From Dimorphilus gyrociliatus (taxonomy: Eukaryota > Animalia > Annelida), in NCBI GenBank assembly GCA_904063045.1, contig CAJFCJ010000004.1, positions 985,713 through 1,049,712 of the forward strand: 64,000 nucleotides of DNA. The letters run 5' to 3'. The notes under the pieces were generated by a model. It did not search any database and had not been told where the DNA came from. It was given only the letters and a program-made list of their open reading frames with translations. The position numbers and the translations under genes are program-made. Below, piece after piece: positions 49,701 to 61,700 of this stretch. Every line of letters begins with the position of its first letter. Positions within the stretch are counted from its first letter, which is position 1.

Positions 49701-52700
49701 TCGACAAGTAGCCAAAGTGAAAACTTTCAAACTGAAGCGGCAGATAAACATGAAACAAAAGAAGAAGCTGTGGAACAAGTTGATGAAAAGTTTGAATTTT
49801 CGTATGATTACGAAATAGAATCTGAGAAACGAGAAGAAATAAAAGAATTAGCACCTGATGAAAGCGAAGCAATTACCTCTGAAGGAGTTGAGCAAATTAA
49901 TAAAGATGAAGAAACACTAGGTTCTATTAGTAATGTTAGAGATATGAAAAGTGATATTGAAGACGATGACTCTGAAAATGTCTTTAATACTAATAATGAT
50001 AGTATTTCCACAAAATTAGAAGATCTGGCTAGTGTACGAAGTAAAACAGGGGAAGAAAAAGAAGAAGAAATGGAAAAGAATGAAGAAACCTCAGATGAAG
50101 AAAATAACTCGGAATTAGAAGAAAAAGACAAAGAATTACCAAAATCGACAACTAGTGATAAAGAAAACTCTTCCATGGCTGTTGCAGATAAATCACAAAT
50201 GGGTGAGGCGAATGAAGTTAAAAAACCAGTTGACAAAGAATTACAATTACCTGACAATCAAGATTTAAAATCAGAGAAATTAGAAATTACGAAGGAAAAG
50301 TCAACAGAGGAATACAAAACAATTGTTTCCGACACTAAAGATGATATTAATGAAGATTTAGAAACAACAAATCCTAACACCAATGTTGTGGATGTGAAAG
50401 GTTATAGTACTTCTGATGAAAAAACAGTTGCTCATACCGCTAGTGATAACGTTGCACTACAATCAGCTGATGAATCTAATGCGAGAAGCGAATCAAGGGT
50501 AGACGAAAGAAAAGGCAAAAAGGAGCATTCGGAAGCGAGTGAAGAATTTTCAGAAATTTTGGAAGAAGATAATTTGGAGTCAGGAGAAAAAGAAACATAT
50601 ACGACTGAAACAGCAACGAATGAAAAAGAAAATTTTCTTACAGACCTTGAAGATGAGTCTAAAATAAGGGAAATAGAGAATGCTGCGGAACAAGTTGCCA
50701 AAGCAGCAGAAGTATCTTATGGTCGAGAAATAGAACCAGAAGAATCAAAAGAACTACAAATTGTAACAGATGAAATTTCCGATGGAAACCAGCAGATTAA
50801 TAATGATTTAGCACTTCGAGATTCTACTGGCATTGTAAAAGATTTACAGACTCACAATATCCTTGATGAAGAATTTGTTCTTACCGACGACGATAATATT
50901 CCAATAAAATCAGAAGATATGCCAAAAGTGGAAGAAGGAGAGATACATGAAAAAGTGGAAACAAGACGTGAAATTGTGGAAAGAGAAGACAATTTGATAT
51001 CGGAAGAAAGAGAAAGAAATATCATCGAGTCGACAGCGAATGAAAGAGAGAGTCAGTCTATTATATCTAAAGATGAGCCTAAAAGAAGGGAAATAGAATT
51101 TGCTAAGGAATCAGTTGGTAAAGTACTGGATTTACCCGATGAATATAAAATAAAGTCAGAAGAAACCGAGAAAGTTTCAACTGATGAAGATTCGATAGTA
51201 CAATATCCTATAGAGGAAAATATCTCTGCACTAAATGAAGTAGAGAAGCCAGGAGAAATTTATCACATTGAGACTTCAAAAATAAAAGATTCCGAAGAAT
51301 CAGCTATCGATAGCGATAAAACCGAAATCGAAGGAAAGTCAGGCGAAATAGCTGAAGGAGGAGGTAAAGAAAAAGGATTAGAAACTAAAGATGCTTCTGT
51401 TGAAGAGATAGATCAAAAAATAGAATCTGAAGAAACAGCAGAAATTATAGATGAGGAAATGGAAATAGCTGTTCCCAACTTAACAGGATCTAATGGTGAG
51501 GACTCCGAAACTGAATATTGTGCTAGCAATGCTTCTGTAGTAGAAAATATTTGTGACGAAAGTGTTAAACGAGAAATAAACGTTTCTTCACCCACCGAAG
51601 GAGTTGCCACACATTTAAAGGTAAAGCATCTTGAAGATGATTTATTTGCAAAGGACAGCGAACCATCTCTAACTGAAGAAACACAGAAGGAAAATGTTAC
51701 CTTCGAAATTGATAGTGCATATGATTCAAAGGCTGATAGCGTAATTAATGACTCATCTCTGGCTTGTATACGGGAAGAAGAGAATGAACCAGAGCAAAAG
51801 TCGGAAGCAGCACTTTCAATTGATGAATCTATTCCTGCAATGTCAATATTGAACACAGAGGATTCAGAAGAAACATCATCTATGTCTGAGTTACAATCAA
51901 ATTATAAAGATTCACAAAACAGAGAAGTTTATAAATATGAAGATACTGATGAAGCGAAACTAGAGCCCGTTTCAGCTACAAGAATATCTGAACAGGAATC
52001 TCTCTTACCTACAACACAAACTGAAAATATTCCGTCTCTACACATATCTGATTCTGAGTTAGTTGCTCAATACTCTTCATCAAATATTGAACAACAACCC
52101 GCTGTTGAACAAACAAAGACATCAAACCTTAGTGAATCCTATAAAACTAACACAGACTCTGATAAAATAGAAAACGAAGAAGAAGAAACGTTTGAAGATG
52201 CTTTATCAGAAGTTTCCGCGGATAAAACAATACGAAGAACCAAAGATGATGACAAAGATTATCACATTAGTGACAACGATGACGATAATAACGATGATGA
52301 TAAGAAAGATAATGACAATGAATTCGAAATAATTCAAAAATCCTCTTCTTTGGAACCTTCTTCGATTGAAACATTTTCTAGTGTTAGAGATACAAGCGGA
52401 GACACAAATTTCACGGAGGAAGTAGGCGTATCAAATGAACAAGAGAGCCCTGAAAACATAACAGACTTATCTGATCAATCTGTAAAATCAAAAGTTGATG
52501 CAAAAGAAAAGGAAGACAAAACGGACGAAGAGCCCCTAACGTCAGGAAACACTTTGGAATTTTCTTCCATGAAAAATTCTGTACTACAGCCTGAATCAAA
52601 GCTAGAAAACTTTCCAATTGAAAGTACTAGAGCTATTGTTGATTCAATTTCATCTGATATAACAGAAGGCATTGTTACTCAAACAAAAATGTCAGACGAT

Positions 52701-55700
52701 GAAGTAGTTACATCGAAAGCTACAGATTTTTCAGAAGTCGAGATCGAAGGAGAAAGAGAAATGAGTAAAACTTCATCGACAGAATTTGGTGAGCTTGAGA
52801 GCGAACAACTAAATGCTGATGCTACATCTAGAAAGACGGAATTTGTTGTTTTAGTAGCAAATAACAATAAACGCGATCCTTCTTTGGTAGAAGAAGCGCA
52901 GGAGAGTACAATGACATCTTTTGATGGAAATATCGATAATAATAGTAACATCAATAATAATAACAATAACAATAACTTAAATTTCGAAGTCCAAGGAGAA
53001 GAAACAAACATTAAAGCTCTGTCTTTCGTAGAAAAAGAGGATCAAGAGTTTGTTCAGCTAGATTCTATCACAAAAAGCTCTTGTAAAGACAATGATGATA
53101 TGGTTACAGCTGAACACTTACAAGACACAAATCAAAATGTTCCTGAATCAGTCTTGGAGGCCACAATCGAACAACCACAAATTTTGCGTGACGAAAACGA
53201 ATCGTCAATGCATGTTCAAGAAAATCTGTTAGAAGAGCATAAGACACTTCTGCATGACGAATTAAGCATAAGTCAAGAGGCAAACAGGCAACAAGTTAAA
53301 CCAACAGAAGTAGGAGATTCATACAAAGACAGTTCCATTGATCTTCAACAGGAAGATGAAAATGTCAGTGAGAAAAAGAAAGGTATAACTCGAGAATTAA
53401 TTTTTGCACAAGATCCACTAAGTGGTGATAAAAAACATGAGGGTGGTGAATCAGACGCTAAATCAGATATAATACCTGAGCTAAAATATGGTCCTAACGA
53501 CAAACAACCTGTTTTGAATATAAGTAAAAATGTTTCAAATAAAAGAGAAAGTTTACTGATGGAAGATGAAGAAGGAACAGTATCTGCTTCTTTAACGACC
53601 GAGGAAAAAGTTACATCTTCTGAAAAAGAGGATAGTAATCTAACAAAACATCCTCTTGATATTATGAAGAATGACAATGAACAATCACAAGAAACTAAAG
53701 ACAAAAGTAACGATGACAAGAGTAAAGAGGGAAAACTATCGACTGACCAAGAAAATCAAACAGAATATTTGAAACAAATCGACGACTCTGCTGCTAGTAT
53801 TGCTGGTGCTCACTCAGAGGATAAAACTCATAATGTCGCAAATGTGACCAAACAGGAACAACAGGAAGACTTCTTGAGCACGAAGCCAAAGGAATTGTTT
53901 AGAGAAATTGAAAGAATTTCTGAAAATGAGAACGAGGATGGTATAGAAAACAAAAATGTGGAGGTTATGAAAGAAAGCAAAGAGCAATCAAATGATAATG
54001 AAAATAATTCCTGTGATCAATTAGCAATCGACCAGGAACTCGCACTAGAAGAAGCCACTGAAATCTCTGAAACAATCAAAGAACATTACATTGAAACTAC
54101 AACGAAACAAGAGAAAGGTGAATCACAGAAAAAAGATTCTGAAAGCGAAAATATTATGTCAGAAGAGATTGATAGCAACTCCGGAGATTCGATGGAAGAT
54201 ATAAATATAGATTTGCAACAAACACGTGAAAATATTGAATTAAAAGAAAACGATGACACTAAACTGAATACCAATGAACAAGACCAAATATCTTCATATC
54301 AAATAGCCCAGTCAGATGTAGTAAAACCTGATTCGATTGATGAAATTCCTTCTGATAAAGAAGATACTACTAATGAAAACTCGAAAATAAAGGAATATTC
54401 TAGTAGTGTTAGTGATACGGAAATTGGACATAACCTTGCAGAAGAATCTACCTCAAATATTGCTGACATCAAAGTACAAACCGAACCAACAGAAATTTCT
54501 TCTTCGAAAAACGACACAACGGAAAAAGAATTACAAATAAATAAATTAGCATCAAGAGAACATAATAATTTGCAATTAGACAAAAAAGAAAAAGAATTAG
54601 CTGCATCAAAAACCGAAGCAAAACAGAATCTGCCTACTGAGGATGAAGATAAGCATAAAACGAAAGACAATATAGAATCACTTGCCAAGACACCGACAGA
54701 ATGTGACGATGCAGAAATAGTCCCAGAAATGTCAGCAGGAGAGAAGCAAATTATATCAGATCAATGCGAAATTGTAGATAACCCTCTTGATGAAGCTATG
54801 GAAGTTTCTGCTGGTAATACAATCGACTTCAAAAGTGACGCTACCTTTGAAGTAGAACCCAGTTTCCACACTGATAGTCACGATATTACAAAACAAAGAG
54901 AGATTATTCCAAATGTGAGAAACCAAACAAAAGAAAACATTGGAAACGATAAAGGACAAATGGATAAACCTGATGAAATTTTGGAAAAGCAAGATAATTT
55001 GGAATCACAGGAAAGTGAAGAAAATATTGCTGGATCAGCAACAAGCCAAAACGAAAAACTATCCGATGAAGCACAAATTGAAATTAAAGAACTAGGCGAT
55101 GCTAGACAGCAAGCGAAGAAGACGATAGAATTAACTAGTAAACAAGAAATAGAAAACGAAAAACCAGAAGAGACACAACAAATTATTACTGCTGAATATG
55201 AAGCTTCTGTTTTCGATAAAAATGAAGATTCTGACGAAAAATCACCACAGCAAGATTCCTCCATTAATGTCACAGATGTAAAAGATGATAATACCTCTGA
55301 TGAGAAAGTAATTTCTAACATCGATAATAATGATATTGCTACAAACGCAGAAATTACGACTATACTTGTAAGCCAACAAGAAGAAGAAGGACATGAAAGC
55401 GCACAAGAAATAGGAAAGAGCGATGAAATTCCAGAAATTTCAGAAGAAGAAGATAATTTAGAGTTTGAAGAAGGAGTAACACCAACGATGAGAAGAGAAA
55501 CAAAGAATGAAGGAAGATACGATAACACTGAACATGCTGAGGACATTAAGTCAACTATAGAAATTTCCGAATTAGAAACCAAGTCTAAATCAGTGGAAAG
55601 CGAGGAAAATACTACTGGGTCAACAACAAGCGAAAATGAAAGATTATCTAATGAAGAGGAAATTGAAATCGATGAAATAAGCGAAGCAAAAGAAACAGCG

Positions 55701-58700
55701 GACAAAACAAAAGAATTGTGTAGTGATCAAGAAATAGGTGATGTCAGAGAGCAAGTAGAGAGAACGAAAGAATCACTAAGTAATCAAGAAATAGAAAGCC
55801 AAACACCAGAAGAAACGAAACGAACTCTCACAGCTGAATCCGAAGCTTCTGTTTCCGACGCTACTGAAAAATTAACAGAGCAAGATTCTTCTATCAATGT
55901 TACAGATGTAAAGAATGATAATACCTCAGATGAGAAAATCACTTCAAACATTGATAATGATGGTATTGTAACAAGCACAGAGGTCACACCTATATCGCTC
56001 GGCGAACTTCGAGAAGGATATGAAGATACAGAATATACAGAAAAAGATGAAGAAATTCTAGAAATGTTTAAAGAAAACGATAATTTGGAGTCAGAAGAAA
56101 AAGTCATACCTTCTGTGCAAAACGAAATAAAGAAAGAAGAAAGATTTGAACACCCAGAACAATCAGAGGACGGTGAGATAACTGCAGAAATTTCCGAAGA
56201 AGAAACCAAGTTGAAATCGGTGGAAAAGGAGGAAGACACTACTTTATTAAAAACAAGCGAAAATGAAAGATTATCTAATGAAGAGGAAATTGAAATTGAT
56301 GAAATAAGCGAAGAAAAAGAAACAGCCGACAAAACAAAAGAATTGGTTAGTGATCAAGAAATAGGTGATGTCAGAGAGCAAGTAGAGAGAACAAAAGAAT
56401 TACTAAGTAATCAAGAAATAGAAAGTGAAAAACCATGGGAAACGAAACAAAGTCTTACTGCTGAATGCGATACTTCTGCTTTCGATAAGAATGAAGATAC
56501 TGACGAAAAATCAACACAGCAAGATTCTTCCATCAATGTCACAGATGTAAAAGATGATAATACCTCAGATGAGAAGGTAGTTCCTAAAATCGATGATGAT
56601 GATATTACAACAAGCAGAGAGGTTATTCATATCCAGGTAGGCGAATTAGAAAAAGACAGATATGAAAACGCAGAACAAACAGAAAAGAGTGACGAAGTTT
56701 TAGAAGGAAAGGATAAATTGATATTCGAGACCAAAGAAGAGGAAATGTCCGAATTAATAACCAATACAAGTGATAATTTACCTATTGAAACCAAGATTTC
56801 CTATGAATTGAAAGAAAAAGATGGTAAAGATTTTGTTGAGGAAGCGTCAAAATCATCGGAAGAACACATGGAAACAGAAGAATGCATATCTGTCGTCTCT
56901 CATGGAAATGAACATTCTAATGAAGACTCATTGATACAAGTTTCTACTACTAATGTTGTGGATGTGAAGTTTGACGAAATTCTTGGTGATGGAACAGTTC
57001 TTCACCTAGATTATGATAATATTAAAACACAGTTAGAGGGTATCTCGAACGTGAAAAATGAGGCGAAGGATAGAATCTCAAAAGATAGAAGTGAAAAAGA
57101 ACAAAAAGAACAGAGTGGTGAAAGGGAGGATGACTTGGAATATGAACGAAAGGAAAGTAATTTAACTATATCAGAAAGTAATGAAAAAGGTAGCTTACCA
57201 AGCAAAGAACTTGAAGAAAAGGAAAATGAAGATGTTGAGGAAGCTAACCAAATAGTAACATTACCTGGAGATGAAGGAGAGAAAATACAAGAACAGGACG
57301 AAGCTAAACCAATTCTAACTGCTGAATCTAATGTTGATTTATCCGGTAAAACTAAAAATGCTGACGAAGATTTTGAAACACAAGACCTTACCATGAATAC
57401 TCTTGATGTAAAAACAGATGCAACTTCTGATAAGGTGTCAATAGTTCACATTGATAATGATGATATTCCGAAAAAATATGAAACCACTTCTATTCTAAGA
57501 GAAGAAACAATAACGGCAGAAAAACATGGAGAGATACAACAAACGGAAAAGAGTGATATAATTTTGGAGACTTCAGAAAGAAAAGATAATTTACAGTTAA
57601 TAGAAAGGGAGAAAGATAGTACGAGATCAACAACAAGTGAAAAAGAAATAATGTCCGGTGAAGAAGAGATGGAAACTAAAGAACTAGTCGATGCAAGAGA
57701 AACAGCGGACAAAACAAATGAATTGGTTAATAATCAAGAAATAGACGATGCTAGAGAACAAGCGGAAAAAGCAAACGAACTACTCAATAATCAAGAAAAT
57801 GAAAACGAAAAACGAGAAGAGACGCAACAAATTATTACTTCTGAATGCGAAGCTTCTGTTTTCGATAAAATTGAAGATACTGACGAAAAATCACCACAGC
57901 AAGATTCCTCCATTAATGTCACAGATGTAAAAGATGATAATACCTCTGATGAGAAAGTAATTTCTAACATCGATAATAATGATATTGCTACAAACGCAGA
58001 AATTACGCCTATACATGTAAGCCAACAAGAAGAAGAAGGACATGACAGCGCACAAGAAACAGGAAAGAGCGATGAAATTCCAGAAATTTCAGAAGAAGAA
58101 GATAATTTAGAGTTTGAAGGAGTAACACCAACGATGAGAAGAGAAACAAAGAATGAAGGAAGATACGATAACACTGAACATGCTGAGGACATTAAGACAA
58201 CAATAGAAGTTTCAGAAGACGAAACCAATTTAAAATCAGTGGAAAAAGAGGAAGATACTGCTGGATCAACAACAAGCGAAAATGAAAGATTATCTAATGA
58301 AGAGGAAATTGAAATCGATGAAATAAGCGAAGCAAAAGAAACAGCGGACAAAACAAAAGAATTGTGTAGTGATCAAGAAATAGGTGATGTCAGAGAGCAA
58401 GTAGAGAGAACGAAAGAATCACTAAGTAATCAAGAAATAGAAAGCCAAACACCAGAAGAAACGAAACGAACTCTCACAGCTGAATGTGAAGCTTCTGTTT
58501 CCGATAAAAATGAAGACTCCGCTGAAGAATCACCACAGCAAGATTCTTCCATCAACGTCACAGATATAAAGAGTGATACTACATCTGATGATAAAGTAAC
58601 TCCTAACATTGATAATGATGGTATTGTAACAAGCACAGAGGTCACACCTATATCGCTCGGCGAACTTCGAGAAGGACATGAAGATGCAGAATATACAGAA

Positions 58701-61700
58701 AAAGATGAAGAAATTCTAGAAATGTTTAAAGAAAACGATAATTTGGAGTCAGAAGAAAAAGTCATACCTTCTGTGCAAAACGAAATAAAGAAAGAAGAAA
58801 GATTTGAACACCCAGAACAATCAGAGGACGGTGAGATAACTGCAGAAATTTCCGAAGAAGAAACCAAGTTGAAATCGGTGGAAAAAGGAGAAGACACTAC
58901 TTTATCAAAAACAATCGAAAATGAAAGATTATCTAATGAAGAGGAAATTGAAATTGATGAAATAAGCGAAGAAAAAGAAGCAGTCGACAAAACAAAAGAA
59001 TTACTCTATGGTCAAGAAATAGGCGATGGTAGAGAAAAAGTAGAGAGAACAAAAGAATTACTAAGTAATCAAGAAACAGAAAGCGAAAAACGAGAAGAAA
59101 CGAAACAGAGTCTTACTGCTGAATGCGATACTTCTGCTTCCGATAAGAATGAAGATACTGACGAAAAATCAACACAGCAAGATTCTTCCATCAATGTCAT
59201 ACATGAAAAAGATGATACTATCTCTGATGAGAAAGCAACTCCTAACATTGATCACGATGATATTAGAGCAAGCGCGGAGGTTACGTCTATACTGGTGAGG
59301 CAACAACAAGAAGAAGGACATGAAGATGCAGAACATACAGAAAAAGATGATGAAATTTTAGAAATACCCGAAGAAAAAGACAATGTAGCATATAATGAAA
59401 AAGTTATACATTCTGTGCAATACGAAACAAAGAAAGGAGAAAGATTTGAACACCCACAACAATCTTTGGACAGTAAGGTAACTGTAGAAATTTCTGAAGA
59501 AGGAACCAAGTTGAAATCAGTGGAAAAAGAGGAAGACAGTACTTTATCAATAACAAGCGAAAGTGAAAAATTGTCTAATGAAGAGGGAATTGAAATTAAA
59601 GAACTAGGCGACACAAGAGAAACAGCGGAGATAACAAAAGAATTGGTTAGTGATCAAGAAAGAGGTGATGTCAGAGAACAAGTGGTGAGAACGAAGGAAT
59701 TACTTAGTAATCAAGTTATAGAAAGCAAAACACCAAAAGAAACGAAACAAATTGTTATTGCTGAATGTGAAGCTTCTGTTTCTAATAAAAATGAAGACGC
59801 TACTGAAGAATCAACAGAGCAAGATTCTTCCATCAATGTCACAGATGAAAAGGGTGATACTTTCTGTGATGATAAAGTAACTGCAAACATTGTTAATGAT
59901 GGTATAGTAACAAATACAGAAGTTACTTCTATACTGGTAGGCAAAGTACAAAAAAGATGTGAAGACGCAGAACAAACAAAGGAAGATACGGATAAAAGAG
60001 AGCTGGAATATATTGAAGATGCAGAGAAAAAAGAGAATTTTGACAAGGAAATAGGTTTACTCATTGAAAGCGAAGGTAAGCCAGAAACAATTAAAATCGC
60101 AGGTGTGAAAGAATCGGCTCGTGAAGTATCGAAATTACCTGAAAATCAAAAAAGAATATTGGAAAAATCTGAAGACAGAGACAAGTTTTCAACTGATAAA
60201 TGCAAAGAAATTATTTCTGACATGAAAGCACATATTGACAAAGACACAGAAGTTGTGGATGAAGTAGTAGATCCTATTACTAATGTGATAAATGAAGATG
60301 CAAACCTTCATTTCGATGCTGACAATGATACAAAGAACACTGAGAAAGAATCAGACAAAGAACTAGAAAGTAATGTTGAAAGCAAGGAATTTTCAACAGA
60401 AATGAAACTAATAGAATCAGATGTATTGTTGACTCAAGATGATGACAGTGTTCAAACAACAACAGGTGGAAATATTAACGTTATTGTTAATGTAAATAAA
60501 GAAAAATATACAAACGAAGAAACTACTGTTGAATCCGGTAGTGCTAAACCATCACAATTTGACATCGATAGTACAACAGATCAGGAACAAGGCGGGGAAA
60601 ATATGACCCAGCTGGAAAACAAGTCTAAAACAGAACCTAAGATAAAAGTTAAAAGACAACAATTAATAAAGAAAGATAATATAGAAGCAAAAGACCAAAT
60701 TCCAGTAATTGAACATAAGCCTTCGATTAAAATGGAATCTGCTAAGTACGCTCAGACTGAAGAAACTGTTCTTAATACAGAAGAAGTTTTAATTGCAGCT
60801 GAACTAAGTAAAGATGAATTAAGCGAAGGTTTTACATCAGAAAAGCTGCATTACGATAACATAATTACTAGGGTAGAGGAAAGAGATTCAAATGTTGATA
60901 TTAGTCATCAATTTACTTCCTCTGATGAATCAGAAATTAAACATATAGACTCTGATCGTAGTCCCTCTGATCTAAGTATTTTAATTGACAAACCAAAAGA
61001 AGTTACAGAGGAGAGCGAACATAATTCTACTGAACAGATTGTGGACGACTCAGTAAATACAGATTCAAACATTGAGCATATCGATGAAGCGAAACTAGAG
61101 CCCGTTTCAGCTACAAGAATATCTGAACAGGAATCTCTCTTACCTACAACACAAACTGAAAATATTCCGTCTCTACAAATAGCTGATTCTGAGTTAGTTG
61201 CTCAATACTCTTCATCAAATATTGAACAACAACCCGCTGTTGAACAAACAAAGACATCAAACCTTAGTGAATCCTATAAAACTAACACAGACTCTGATAA
61301 AATAGAAAACGAAGAAGAAGAAACGTTTGAAGATGCTTTATCAGAAGTTTCCGCGGATAAAACAATACGAAGAACCAAAGATGATGACAAAGATTATCAC
61401 ATTAGTGACAACGATGACGATAATAACGAGGGTGACAAGAAAAATGATAGTAATGATGAATTCGAAATGGCTCAAGAGTTTGTCACGTTTGAACAATATT
61501 CAAAAAATTCAACTTCTGATATTATAATAACTGAAAATAATGATATTGTAGTCCTAAGAGAAGTTGTGGATGAAAACATTTCTTCAGCAAATGCGATTTC
61601 TGAGGAAATGGCTTTTCAAAAACCAATTGCGCAAGAAAATATTATTAGGGAAGAAACTCCAGAAATTATTGGAGGCGAATTACATATACCTGATGAAGCA

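Noticed and set aside
36950-61460. CRISPR array, satellite or transposon interpretation of the repeats
   Set aside because: No spacers, terminal inverted repeats, target-site duplications or transposase/RT motifs. The units are frame-preserving and protein-coding in a eukaryotic gene.
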